A stretch of DNA of 63,777 nucleotides, filler included, from Octopus bimaculoides (lineage: Eukaryota), in NCBI RefSeq assembly GCF_001194135.2. It is 5 parts of 5 records of this genome, joined end to end, with 100 filler letters (N's around TTAATTAATTAA, not from the genome) between each part and the next. Parts side by side here need not be neighbours in the genome. Positions count along the whole stretch, not along the records: positions 19,630 to 33,800 come from NC_068986.1; positions 33,901 to 54,104 come from NC_069000.1; 3 more parts are not named here. The stretch is one strand, 5' to 3'. Made by a program: the position numbers and the translations under genes. A model generated the notes under the pieces. That model was not told the origin of the DNA. It ran no database searches and saw nothing but the letters and a program-made list of their open reading frames with translations. Shown in pieces: positions 24,177 to 37,708 of this stretch (its first letter is position 1; the number at the start of each line of letters is the position of its first letter).

Positions 24177-25771
24177 NNNNNNNNNNNNNNNNNNNNNNNN
24201 NNNNNNNNNNNNNNNNNNNNNNNNNNNNNNNNNNNNNNNNNNNNNNNNNNNNNNNNNNNNNNNNNNNNNNNNNNNNNNNNNNNNNNNNNNNNNNNNNNNN
24301 NNNNNNNNNNNNNNNNNNNNNNNNNNNNNNNNNNNNNNNNNNNNNNNNNNNNNNNNNNNNNNNNNNNNNNNNNNNNNNNNNNNNNNNNNNNNNNNNNNNN
24401 NNNNNNNNNNNNNNNNNNNNNNNNNNNNNNNNNNNNNNNNNNNNNNNNNNNNNNNNNNNNNNNNNNNNNNNNNNNNNNNNNNNNNNNNNNNNNNNNNNNN
24501 NNNNNNNNNNNNNNNNNNNNNNNNNNNNNNNNNNNNNNNNNNNNNNNNNNNNNNNNNNNNNNNNNNNNNNNNNNNNNNNNNNNNNNNNNNNNNNNNNNNN
24601 NNNNNNNNNNNNNNNNNNNNNNNNNNNNNNNNNNNNNNNNNNNNNNNNNNNNNNNNNNNNNNNNNNNNNNNNNNNNNNNNNNNNNNNNNNNNNNNNNNNN
24701 NNNNNNNNNNNNNNNNNNNNNNNNNNNNNNNNNNNNNNNNNNNNNNNNNNNNNNNNNNNNNNNNNNNNNNNNNNNNNNNNNNNNNNNNNNNNNNNNNNNN
24801 NNNNNNNNNNNNNNNNNNNNNNNNNNNNNNNNNNNNNNNNNNNNNNNNNNNNNNNNNNNNNNNNNNNNNNNNNNNNNNNNNNNNNNNNNNNNNNNNNNNN
24901 NNNNNNNNNNNNNNNNNNNNNNNNNNNNNNNNNNNNNNNNNNNNNNNNNNNNNNNNNNNNNNNNNNNNNNNNNNNNNNNNNNNNNNNNNNNNNNNNNNNN
25001 NNNNNNNNNNNNNNNNNNNNNNNNNNNNNNNNNNNNNNNNNNNNNNNNNNNNNNNNNNNNNNNNNNNNNNNNNNNNNNNNNNNNNNCCTCTCTCTCTTTT
25101 TGTCTATTTGTCTATACATCTATCTCTACCTCTGGCATTTTATAGTGTGGCAAAGAAGCACTGCTTGATTTTTACAAAATTGACCATTTCTCCATTTTTT
25201 CTGTAAACTGTAATAAATCTAAATCTTCCGGTTGTGTTACAACAGATGCAAGAGTAGCTCTATGATTGATTTAGATTGCCTGAACCTGTGCAAGTCCTGT
25301 GGTTGTTGTTACTGTTGTTCTCATTATCTTCAAAATTATCTGTTAGACTGTTTGAAATATGTTTTCTATTATCTGTTCGTTAAGGTATTCACTTTCTCTT
25401 CTTTTTTCATTCGGTCGTGTAATTTACTTTGTGATGTCTTTATCGCTTCATTTGTTATTGCAGTATTTTATCTTGTATTGCGTCCATGTGTTGTAATCAT
25501 TTGAGTGTGAAATGTGGTCAGTGCGTGTAATCATATAAAATCTATAAAAACAAAGTTTCGTTTTTTTTTATCTATCCATGTGGGTCTGGGGTTAACATTC
25601 CTCAGATAATTATAATTCATTTTAGTAACTTTTCCAAATAGAATTTCATTTGGTAATGCCCACGATAAAACTGTTTGGAAACAAGTAAACACATTTTCAC
25701 ACCATCAAATCCAACAAGAACACAACAGCAGAAAGACAACAGCAACACCAATAACAATAATAATAATAATA

Positions 25772-25850
<79 letters not shown>

Positions 25851-25852
<2 letters not shown>

Positions 25853-26227
25853 GCCTTTGCACAGCTTCTAACGCTGGAGATGTACTACAGTGTCAGCTGT
25901 TCACTACCAGTGAACTAAAGTAACACCTCTTATTTTTCGAGCACTTTCCGGAGTATTCGAGCGGTTCCAAGCAGTGTTATTTTCTGGAAGTGCTCGACCT
26001 TTATTGCAGTCCCTATTTGTTCTACGTACTTCCCGAGATTTTTGCTCACTGTTCCCAGGGCTCCGACAATTATTGGTACTACTGCTACCTTTTTCATCGA
26101 CCACACCTACTTAACTTCCCAAGCTAACCTATCATATCTCTCGACTTTTCTTTCTTCCTTATCGTATACCTTGTTGTCAGCTGAGCATGCTATATCTATG
26201 ATCCAGCATAGTTTGTTTTCTTTCTCA

Positions 26228-26229
<2 letters not shown>
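25851..26229 (-). mobile_element. 5'-truncated Dong/R4-clade element inside a (TAA)n array
   Basis: 25930-26229 reads IEKENKLCWIIDIACSADNKVYDKEERKVERYDRLAWEVK*VWSMKKVAVVPIIVGALGTV...LLGTARILRKVLEK*; short 3' UTR; (TAT)n on both sides. Confidence 0.92.
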
Positions 26230-26299
<70 letters not shown>

Positions 26300-26469
26300 T
26301 AGTTTTATTTTTATAGCGTGCTTTCACTTCACTACCGAGTGCAGCTCTGTGTGCCTTGGGTACGTGGTGTGGTTTGCTGTGATGCTCTTATGGTTACTGT
26401 ATTAAAAGTGCTTTACGTAGGATGTGTGTAGTGCACAGAAAATTGCACTGCTGGGCACAATAATGTGTA

Positions 26470-26887
26470 GGGGCAGGAGTGGCTGTGTGGTAAGTAGCTT
26501 GCTTATCAACCACATGGTTCCGGGTTCATTCCCACTGCGTAGCAACATGGGCAAGTGTCTTCTACTATAGCCTCGGGCCGACCAAAGCCTTGTCAGTGGA
26601 TTTGGTAGACGGAAACTGAAAGAAGCCCGTTGTATATATTTATATACATATACGTATGTGTGTGTGTGTGTTTGTGTGTCTGTGTTTGTCCCTCCAACAT
26701 CGCTTGACAATCGATGGTGGTATGTTTACGTTCCCGTAACTTAGTGGTTCGGCAAAAGAGACCGATAGAATAAGTACTAGGCTTACAAAGAATAAGTCCT
26801 GGGGTCGATTTGCTCGACTAAAGGCGGTGCTCCAGCATGGCCGCAGTCAAATGACTGAAACAAGTAAAAGAGATAAAAGAGTAAAAG
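26470..26887 (+). mobile_element. Full-length family B SINE (tRNA head, CORE-like segment, internal (TA)(TG) microsatellite, LINE-like tail)
   Basis: ggagtggctgtgtggtaag...gggttcattcccact head; catgggcaagtgtctt CORE-like; tail cagtcaaatgactgaaacaagtaaaagag. May correspond to the octopus OR-type SINEs (recollection, not verified). Confidence 0.88.
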
Positions 26888-26929
26888 GATTTGTGTCTGC
26901 ACCCCTTGAGCAGATTTCATTGCCGAGGA

Positions 26930-28745
26930 TCGATAACAACAGAAATAATGATAGTTTGCGTCAAGGACAACACTAGCAACAGTTAACAAGGGCAGCAATG
27001 GCAAGGATAATGATTCGCATCAACAACAACAATAACAACAACAGCAACAACGCAGCAAATGACAATTAGTATCAATAGCAGCAGCGGCGTTAGCAATAAT
27101 TAACAACGACAGCAACACCGGCAACAATAATTAGTGTCATCAGCAGCAGTAGCAACGACAACAGCAGTAACGACTATAAGCATTGACAGCAATAAGAATG
27201 ATAAGAATTAGCATCAATAGCAACACCACATTAGCAACATATCAATAATTAATACAGGCGGCCACAACAAAGATGGCAGCATCAATATCAACGGTATAAC
27301 AACAATAATTAGCATCATCATCATCAGCAGCAGCAAAACCAATTTGTATCCACAGCAGCAATAATAGTTCGCATCAGCAATAGCATCGTTGATAAGCGTT
27401 GGCAACAATAGCAACAACAATAACTAGTACTACTACTACAACTACTATTACGACCACCAACACCACTGACAAGAAGAAAAACGAAGAGAAGAGGTGGAGA
27501 GGGGAGGGGAGGGAAAGGAAGAGGAGGGGAGAGAAAGGAAGGGGAGGGGAGNNNNNNNNNNNNNNNNNNNNNNNNNNNNNNNNNNNNNNNNNNNNNNNNN
27601 NNNNNNNNNNNNNNNNNNNNNNNNNNNNNNNNNNNNNNNNNNNNNNNNNNNNNNNNNNNNNNNNNNNNNNNNNNNNNNNNNNNNNNNNNNNNNNNNNNNN
27701 NNNNNNNNNNNNNNNNNNNNNNNNNNNNNNNNNNNNNNNNNNNNNNNNNNNNNNNNNNNNNNNNNNNNNNNNNNNNNNNNNNNNNNNNNNNNNNNNNNNN
27801 NNNNNNNNNNNNNNNNNNNNNNNNNNNNNNNNNNNNNNNNNNNNNNNNNNNNNNNNNNNNNNNNNNNNNNNNNNNNNNNNNNNNNNNNNNNNNNNNNNNN
27901 NNNNNNNNNNNNNNNNNNNNNNNNNNAAGAAGAAGAAGAAGAAGAAGAAGAAGAAGAAGAAGAAGAAGAAGAAGAAGAAGAAAGTCAAAGGAAGGAGCGT
28001 TTATATGGTCGTGCGGCCTGTAAGAAATAGTAACCAAATTTCCCTCAAATCATACGTACCGTCGGAGAAAAGAAAGGTTTAAATTCAGTAAAGGTACATT
28101 ACATGGAAAACAGACGGGGTGGCATGGCCGGAACGTCTTAGATATAGGTTTAATGCTAAGAAAATATGGACCACAGCTATTGCTGCTACTACTGCTGCTG
28201 TTGCTCCTACCACTACTACTACCACTACTACTACTGCAACCACTACTACTACTACTACCACCACCACAACCCCACCATCCTATCCCTACTATTCTACTAC
28301 TACTATCTAAAAGGAAGCTGAAACATTAAACAACTTAAAATGTAATAATACTCCGAAAATAAATTCATTAAAGGGAGAGGAGAAAACGAAAGTAAGAGAG
28401 AAGCAAAATAGAAACGGCGAGAGAGAGAGAGAGAGAGAGAGAGAGGGGGAGGAGAGAGATAGAGAGAAAGGGGGGAAGGAAGAGAAACAGAAATTGAGAG
28501 AAAGAGTGAGAGAACAAGAGCTGGTGGTAGAGAGTGGCGAAAAGGAAATAGATGCAATAACAAACAATCGCAAAAAAGAGCAACTCTCCGCCATTACTAC
28601 AAACACTGAAATCAACAACAACAACAACAACAACAACACAAACGATGACAAGAACAACAGCAACAGCAATGGCGGCAGTAGTAACGATAACCGACCACCC
28701 ATTCCAACCTCGCCCACCACTCACAACAACAACAAAGACAATTAG
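26930..28745. repeat. Mixed (AAC)/(AGC)/(ACT)/(GAA)/(GA) low-complexity region with a gap
   Basis: Directly visible. Confidence 0.9.
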
Positions 28746-29867
28746 CGATATACGTACACACACGCGCACATATTTATATAAATATATATATTTATATATT
28801 ATATATTATATTTATCTTATGATATTTACTTTACTTTATATTATACTCATTTATTGTGCTTTTAATTATTAATTTTTCTATATGTGATAGTGGATTTTCA
28901 TCGATGAATTCTTGAAACTTGGTTATTTTCCCTAAAACTATATATATATTTNNNNNNNNNNNNNNNNNNNNNNNNNNNNNNNNNNNNNNNNNNNNNNNNN
29001 NNNNNNNNNNNNNNNNNNNNNNNNNNNNNNNNNNNNNNNNNNNNNNNNNNNNNNNNNNNNNNNNNNNNNNNNNNNNNNNNNNNNNNNNNNNNNNNNNNNN
29101 NNNNNNNNNNNNNNNNNNNNNNNNNNNNNNNNNNNNNNNNNNNNNNNNNNNNNNNNNNNNNNNNNNNNNNNNNNNNNNNNNNNNNNNNNNNNNNNNNNNN
29201 NNNNNNNNNNNNNNNNNNNNNNNNNNNNNNNNNNNNNNNNNNNNNNNNNNNNNNNNNNNNNNNNNNNNNNNNNNNNNNNNNNNNNNNNNNNNNNNNNNNN
29301 NNNNNNNNNNNNNNNNNNNNNNNNNNNNNNNNNNNNNNNNNNNNNNNNNNNNNNNNNNNNNNNNNNNNNNNNNNNNNNNNNNNNNNNNNNNNNNNNNNNN
29401 NNNNNNNNNNNNNNNNNNNNNNNNNNNNNNNNNNNNNNNNNNNNNNNNNNNNNNNNNNNNNNNNNNNNNNNNNNNNNNNNNNNNNNNNNNNNNNNNNNNN
29501 NNNNNNNNNNNNNNNNNNNNNNNNNNNNNNNNNNNNNNNNNNNNNNNNNNNNNNNNNNNNNNNNNNNNNNNNNNNNNNNNNNNNNNNNNNNNNNNNNNNN
29601 NNNNNNNNNNNNNNNNNNNNNNNNNNNNNNNNNNNNNNNNNNNNNNNNNNNNNNNNNNNNNNNNNNNNNNNNNNNNNNNNNNNNNNNNNNNNNNNNNNNN
29701 NNNNNNNNNNNNNNNNNNNNNNNNNNNNNNNNNNNNNNNNNNNNNNNNNNNNNNNNNNNNNNNNNNNNNNNNNNNNNNNNNNNNNNNNNNNNNNNNNNNN
29801 NNNNNNNNNNNNNNNNNNNNNNNNNNNNNNNNNNNNNNNNNNNNNNNNNNNNNNNNNNNNNNNNNNN

Positions 29868-29945
<78 letters not shown>

Positions 29946-31689
29946 ATATGTTTCTGCAGTGTGTAACCATACATACATGCATGCATGCATACATACATAC
30001 ACGGACGCAATCATACATACACAAGTGTGTGTGTGTCTGTCTGTCTGTCTGTCTTTGTGTATGTATGTATATATACATGTTTAAATATTTACTTACGTAT
30101 ATGCGCATAATTATGTGAATGTGTGTGTGTATAAAGAAACACACACATACATAGTTTTATATATATATATATATATATATACACTCATATATATGTGTGT
30201 GTGTGAATATATACATGTATGTATATGTGTATGTATATATAAATATATGCATGTAATTATGTGACTATATACATGTATGTATATGTGTATGTATATATAC
30301 ATGTGTGTGTATGCGTGTGCATACCTGCATGTATGTATGGGTGTATATTCATGTACCCAAACATACATACGCACATCTATGCGTGTATATAATGTATATA
30401 CACGCATGAAAATAAACTAAACAATTTATAAATTGATGTGACAGTTTGTGTTGTTATTTGTTCTATTTTTGTTTATTGTTTATTATTTTCATCAAATCAA
30501 TTTTTTAAACTTTTTTTTTCATTCCCTCAGAAACAGAAGGCGTTTCGTTTTGATCCTGGAGGAAAGAGGAGAAAGGATGGAGGGGGAAGGGTACGGGAGA
30601 GGTTTCCTGTGAAATCTCTTCACTACAGCCTCAACCACCACCAACACAGGCACCACCACCACCACCNNNNNNNNNNNNNNNNNNNNNNNNNNNNNNNNNN
30701 NNNNNNNNNNNNNNNNNNNNNNNNNNNNNNNNNNNNNNNNNNNNNNNNNNNNNNNNNNNNNNNNNNNNNNNNNNNNNNNNNNNNNNNNNNNNNNNNNNNN
30801 NNNNNNNNNNNNNNNNNNNNNNNNNNNNNNNNNNNNNNNNNNNNNNNNNNNNNNNNNNNNNNNNNNNNNNNNNNNNNNNNNNNNNNNNNNNNNNNNNNNN
30901 NNNNNNNNNNNNNNNNNNNNNNNNNNNNNNNNNNNNNNNNNNNNNNNNNNNNNNNNNNNNNNNNNNNNNNNNNNNNNNNNNNNNNNNNNNNNNNNNNNNN
31001 NNNNNNNNNNNNNNNNNNNNNNNNNNNNNNNNNNNNNNNNNNNNNNNNNNNNNNNNNNNNNNNNNNNNNNNNNNNNNNNNNNNNNNNNNNNNNNNNNNNN
31101 NNNNNNNNNNNNNNNNNNNNNNNNNNNNNNNNNNNNNNNNNNNNNNNNNNNNNNNNNNNNNNNNNNNNNNNNNNNNNNNNNNNNNNNNNNNNNNNNNNNN
31201 NNNNNNNNNNNNNNNNNNNNNNNNNNNNNNNNNNNNNNNNNNNNNNNNNNNNNNNNNNNNNNNNNNNNNNNNNNNNNNNNNNNNNNNNNNNNNNNNNNNN
31301 NNNNNNNNNNNNNNNNNNNNNNNNNNNNNNNNNNNNNNNNNNNNNNNNNNNNNNNNNNNNNNNNNNNNNNNNNNNNNNNNNNNNNNNNNNNNNNNNNNNN
31401 NNNNNNNNNNNNNNNNNNNNNNNNNNNNNNNNNNNNNNNNNNNNNNNNNNNNNNNNNNNNNNNNNNNNNNNNNNNNNNNNNNNNNNNNNNNNNNNNNNNN
31501 NNNNNNNTATTGATGTTTTTTTTTGTTTGTTTGTGTTGTTTTGTTTTCTTCTTTTTTGCGTGTGTGTATGATTTACTTCTTTTTCTCTTTCTTTTCCTTA
31601 CTCTTCCTCTTTCCTTGTTAATAAATAATTATCAATACACTTTGTACGCGGTAAATTCTTACTTCCTCGCTAAAAAGATTCCACTGCCA

Positions 31690-31969
31690 TCTGCAACAAC
31701 AACAACAATGCTATCAACACCCCCCACCGCCACCGACACCGCCACCGCCAACAACAACAATAACAACTAAAACAACGACAACATTGGCAATAATAACAAC
31801 AACGCAAGCTGCAGCACCGCCACCATCACCACCAACACCTGCATCACCATTATCATCGTCAACCTCATCATTGACATCATCAAAATCATCATCATCGTTA
31901 TTATCATAATCATCATCATAATCACCATCTTCGTCTTCATCATCATCATCATCACCATTATCATCATTG

Positions 31970-32011
<42 letters not shown>

Positions 32012-32096
32012 CCATTATCATAATCATCATCATCATCATCATCATCATCACCATTATCATCATAATCATCATCATCATCATAATCAACACCATCAT
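31690..32096. repeat. (AAC)/(CAT) trinucleotide tract
   Basis: Directly visible. Confidence 0.92.
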
Positions 32097-32777
32097 NNNN
32101 NNNNNNNNNNNNNNNNNNNNNNNNNNNNNNNNNNNNNNNNNNNNNNNNNNNNNNNNNNNNNNNNNNNNNNNNNNNNNNNNNNNNNNNNNNNNNNNNNNNN
32201 NNNNNNNNNNNNNNNNNNNNNNNNNNNNNNNNNNNNNNNNNNNNNNNNNNNNNNNNNNNNNNNNNNNNNNNNNNNNNNNNNNNNNNNNNNNNNNNNNNNN
32301 NNNNNNNNNNNNNNNNNNNNNNNNNNNNNNNNNNNNNNNNNNNNNNNNNNNNNNNNNNNNNNNNNNNNNNNNNNNNNNNNNNNNNNNNNNNNNNNNNNNN
32401 NNNNNNNNNNNNNNNNNNNNNNNNNNNNNNNNNNNNNNNNNNNNNNNNNNNNNNNNNNNNNNNNNNNNNNNNNNNNNNNNNNNNNNNNNNNNNNNNNNNN
32501 NNNNNNNNNNNNNNNNNNNNNNNNNNNNNNNNNNNNNNNNNNNNNNNNNNNNNNNNNNNNNNNNNNNNNNNNNNNNNNNNNNNNNNNNNNNNNNNNNNNN
32601 NNNNNNNNNNNNNNNNNNNNNNNNNNNNNNNNNNNNNNNNNNNNNNNNNNNNNNNNNNNNNNNNNNNNNNNNNNNNNNNNNNNNNNNNNNNNTATTTATC
32701 ATAATTTATAAACAGTTTCAAAAAATTTATGGCTGGTAGGGGTACCGTATTTCGTTATATAAGGTAAAGACCTTCTT

Positions 32778-33085
32778 CAGTCATGAATGCCCATGGGATT
32801 ACACCTAGAAAGTTACCCTCGACGGCAAAGGTTCGGGCAAGATTGTTTTGTCGAAGGCCAGCAGTCACCCATGCGTACCATTCACCCCTTTTCACGCTAC
32901 TGATGTTATCCAAGGGAAAGGCAAAGGCCGATACAGCCTGGCACCAGTGATGCCACAACTAATTTCTACAACTGGTGCGGCGTAAAATGAGGTATCTTGC
33001 TCAATAACACAACACACAGCGCAGTCCGGGAATCAAACTCACTACTTCACGAGTGTAAGCTCGAAATCTAACCACGGAATTATGC
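32778..33085 (-). mobile_element. Meta-like SINE, second tail type
   Basis: cagtcatgaatg...cacctagaaagttaccc...gttatccaagggaaaggcaaagg...tcttgctcaataacac...gggaatcaaactc; same family as 60373-60693. Confidence 0.8.
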
Positions 33086-33800
33086 TACCATGTATATTAG
33101 AGGTTTATAACTGTGCCAGCAGTGCGATTCAATCACTTTTCAAAGTTATCTTTAATTCTTTAAAATGTTTCAGTTTCAAAGCTGCGATCATGCTGGGGCA
33201 TTTTCTCTAGAAATTAGAACCAACACTGAAAGTTACGACGTTTCGTGTACGAATACGTCTATGTAAACAATGCGATCGAATATAGATAAGTAGTTAATGG
33301 GTGTATATACATATTTCAAGAGTTATTGCTCCTTCCTCAGTATCTCACGCGACCCATTAACCATCCAGGTAATGGGAGACGCGTTGAAATATTTCGAAAA
33401 CATTTAATGCTAATACACACTGAAAAAGTATAAACCGCCGTCTTTGTACATTAATCCGGGACGAAATTAGTTTCTATGGAGATAGACCTCCGTGCCACGT
33501 TATCATTTATATCGGAGATCAATAAGTCATCAACATCAAATCTCGATTCCTTGTTCTTAGTTTTTTGGGAATTATTTCAGAGAAACCATAATAGTTCTCA
33601 CCGTCCAAAGACGAATTATCTTTTCATTTCTCTTGCTCATTCCCTCTCTTCCCTTTTCTCTCTCCCTCTCTCGCACTTCCAATATATACATGTGCGTAGG
33701 AGTATGCATATGTGTGAGCGTGTGTGTGTATGCGTGTGCATTTCAAATATATATATATATATATAACTACACACGTGCTGTTGGCGATTTCTTTTCCTTC

Positions 33801-33900
33801 NNNNNNNNNNNNNNNNNNNNNNNNNNNNNNNNNNNNNNNNNNNNTTAATTAATTAANNNNNNNNNNNNNNNNNNNNNNNNNNNNNNNNNNNNNNNNNNNN
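33801..33900. other. Artificial scaffold-join spacer
   Basis: 44 N + TTAATTAATTAA (33845-33856) + 44 N. Confidence 0.97.
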
Positions 33901-33934
<34 letters not shown>

Positions 33935-35770
33935 CATACACATATTGCTGGATGCTGGATGGCAGCGGCAAGATATTGTAGTTGAAAGGGTCTAATCTGA
34001 GCATACACCCGTAAATACAGAGTGAAAAGTAAGGAATCTGAATTTGCCTGAGTAGTCGGAGTGTATATAGTGCTGGGAATATTCACAAAAGAGGGCTGCC
34101 TTTGAAGAAATTTTATTTTTTCTTGAAATTTTACAGTTTACACACTGTCATGAAATCCTATATCATATAGTATATTGTATCAGTCTTGTACCCTCCCGAA
34201 TCTTTTTTTAACCCCTAAATACTGGCAGTGAGCTGGCAGAACCCTTAGTAGACTACACAAGATGCTTAAATACGTGCGACCTTTCCCCTGTTCTTTATGG
34301 TCGGAGTTCACATTCCGTGCAAGTCAAGACCAACTTTACCGTTTGTGCTTCTCAGAGTCGACGAATGCCTACACACACACACACACACACACGCACACAC
34401 ACACACACAAACATAAATCCCCAACAGTCGCTATTCTAAGCATATACCCTCATTCCATCTCAGTGACAAAAGCAAAGCCACTACGTTGACTAGCTACGTA
34501 TGGGGTTTGAAGTCTAACGCCACGTCACATACGATAAAGTGGAAAATAAGCGAAAATGGACCACAAAACCGTAAGCTATGTTAAACTGAAATAACTCAGA
34601 TCCTTTTCAAATCTAAGAAATCTACTACACTACTGTATTCTAGAGCTGAACATTTCAGTAGTTGTAAACATATGGCTAAGTTCCTGTTGGTGAATTGGAA
34701 ATACCACAATCTCCGGATGGATTAGCCGTACCGCAAATTCAGGGCCACTATCTTTTCAGTTTACATACGTTTGGCTTCTTTGTTTTCTTTTTCGTTTTCC
34801 CGTTTTTCAAGCTTCCACCTTTTATATTTACATTTTTCTCGCCTTTTCTAGCTTTTTCCTCTCATCGTGTAGTCTTATTTTTAGCGTTTTATGTCGTGTG
34901 GATATTACCTAAGGATTGCACTAAATACCAGATTTGTTAAAAAATACTGCCTGAGATGTTTACATTGCATGATACTAATAGTAGTATATACAAAACATTT
35001 AATGTGGTTATCAAATAATATTTCTCTCACAAGTACATTATAATCAGGCGAAATTGCGAAGATAATCTGGATATCGACTGAGGAAAGAAAACACCGAATG
35101 ACCTGTCCTTGTTTCTTTGTATCGTATATCTGGATGTCTTGTTGTCCCTTTCTTGTATCACCTAACTGTCTGGATGTTTTGCATTCTTGTCCCATTTTGT
35201 ATTATTTACATGTATAGTTCAGTTATCGGGATTTCAATCAATAGATTTGTGGGTACTCCACTTCAGATAATGCAAAAGAACATAACGAGTATTTATATAT
35301 ATATATATATATATATATAACATGGGTAAATTGAGAAATGGAGTCAAACGCAGGTGTTATTCAAATCATATTTACATCAAGCATATTCGGTTAAAATGGT
35401 TTATTCATGTGTTTTGAGCCAAGTTGATTGCATTGCTTTACATTGTTTTAGTTACCTCCGGATTAATCAGAATTCTTTTTTTTCGAAACATATGCTGGAA
35501 GTATAAATAATTTGAATGACACCTGCGTTCGACTCCATTCCTTAACTTATCAATGTTATACAAAAAACATTTCACTTAACTCTTGAATTTCTACTTTTAT
35601 AAATAGGCTGTAATATCCTTGGCATTTATGTGAATTTTTGCTACCTTAGTGGCTATTTACTTATTTTTTCCTTGTTATTTGTACACATTGAAACAATATA
35701 TATACATTTATACACAAACACACACAAACATATATATTTGTAAAAGGTTGAAGAGGAACTCATGAGTAGA

Positions 35771-36083
35771 TATATATGGAAAAAAGACAAAGTAGAAAAT
35801 GCTAAAACACTTTTATAAAGAACATTACAGGACAGTCCTTCTTAGAACCCACAAGAGTTAACAAGTGAAACAGAGACAGGCAGAAACAAGAAAAATTCCG
35901 CTGTTACTTGAATACTATACAAATATGTCTTTAAGTTTACCAAAATTTAATTTTTCAATAATTTTTCAAAAATCTCTTATTCATATTTACTGTTGAAAAG
36001 ATCTCAAGGATCGAAACCGGCGCTGTAATGTTCTTTATAAAAGTATTTTAGCATTTTCTACTTTATCTTTTTTTCCATATATA
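35771..36083. mobile_element. Foldback element (60-bp inverted arms) enclosing a hammerhead-like motif, probably Penelope-derived
   Basis: Arms 35771-35830 and 36023-36083 differ by two substitutions and one indel; ctgttga aaa gatc tcaag gatc gaaac cgg at 35990-36020. Confidence 0.6.
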
Positions 36084-36091
36084 TATATACG

Positions 36092-36253
36092 ACGGGCTTC
36101 TTTCTGTTTCTGTCTACCAAAAACACTCACAAGGCGTTTGGTCGGCCCAAGATTTTAGTAGAGGACATTTACCAAAGATGCCACGCAATAGGACTGAACC
36201 CGTAAGCATGTGGTTGAGAAGCAAGATTTTTATCACACAGCCACTCCTGCACC
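36092..36253 (-). mobile_element. Family B SINE, 5' half
   Basis: gacgggcttcttt...ttggtcggccc...ggactgaaccc...cacacagccactcctgcacc. Confidence 0.8.
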
Positions 36254-36301
<48 letters not shown>

Positions 36302-36839
36302 CAATTGCTAGTGAGAGAACCAGTAGTGATACAAAAAGTTAATACTCCCGCTGAAAGTGGATGTTAATTCACAAAATACTGTGTCATTTATCATGAGAGA
36401 TTCTTGTATGGAGTCGTGCTGTATCCAGACACTAGTTTTTACATCGCCGAAGGACGATCATTGTGAGTCGCACCTGCCGGAACTGCGAGTTCACTTGAGT
36501 TCGCATTTCTTGGGCTTTTTCAATGACAGACGTCCGGCTATATACAACCGACTAATTCTACTGTAGGCGATAAATAGAATCTCATTATCTATTGAGACAC
36601 TGATATGGCAAATAGCCAGTGAGCTTATTAAAAATTGATCAATAATGACAGAAGCAGTGTTAATACCAAAAAGTAATATTTTTCTCTCGCTAAAATTGGA
36701 TGTTGGATTAGGACACAGAACACCGGAGTATTTACTACGGGGGGACCTCACGTATGGACCTGTGGTGCACTTACGTTCACGTCGCTGATGGGCGATAATC
36801 GTCTGGTGTGCACGACGTAACTGCCAGATCACGAGATGC

Positions 36840-37063
36840 GGAGGCACGTGGCTGATTGGTTATATGTGGTGGACTCATGATCGCAAGATTGTATTTTCGA
36901 TTCCTGGACCGGGTGGTGCATTGTGTTCTTGAGCAAAACACTTCATTTCATGTTACTCCTGTCAACTCAGCTGTCAAAAATGAGTCATCGTCTGACGAAC
37001 CGGCGTCTGTTCCAGGGCGGAGATACATACGTTAGAGAAACCGGAAAACCGGCCCTATGAGTC
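36840..37063 (+). mobile_element. Meta-like SINE, third tail type
   Basis: ggaggcacgtggct head; gtgttcttgagcaaaacacttcatttc; tail gaaaccggaaaaccggccctatgagtc. Confidence 0.75.
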
Positions 37064-37474
37064 TGTATGCGTCCGGAAAGAACTTTATTCATTATCTTAT
37101 CCACTTATCAAGAGATTTCATCATTCATTTGGCTTCTCTATGGCAGACCTCCGGTTCGACAGAGTACGTAAACACCTGGAGGTTCGGTAGTTGCGACCCA
37201 CGATTATCCCTCTTCAACGATGTAAACATGAGTCCTAATAGGCTGCACAACTTCTTACAATAATGCAATATTGTGTGTTCTATAAAAACATCCACTTTTA
37301 GTGGCAGATTAATATAATATTTTCGTCTTATTACTGATTCTGTCGCAATCAATTTTAATAATCCCAGAGCTATTTGGGACACAAGTGCCTAAATAGATAC
37401 CAACGGAGGGATTTCCACACATGTGTCTAGCTAGACGTCTGCCATAAATTTAGTAACGGTCAAGTTACTTTCTT

Positions 37475-37708
37475 TAGTCATCTCGACTCATAAGGGCCGG
37501 TTTCCCGGTTTCCATGACATATAAATTACCCACCTGGACGGGTCAGTGGGCTGTCACAGGATTACTCATTTTGGTCACCTGAGTGGATTAAAGCAATGTG
37601 AAATGAAGTGTTTTGCTCAAGAACACCACGCATCAGCCGGTCCGGGAATCGAAACCACAATCTTACGACCATGAGTCCAACACTTTGACAACTAAGCCTC
37701 GCGCCTCG
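37475..37708 (-). mobile_element. Meta-like SINE, same subfamily, opposite strand
   Basis: gactcataagggccggtttcccggtttc...gaaatgaagtgttttgctcaagaacac...gggaatcgaaacc. Confidence 0.8.
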
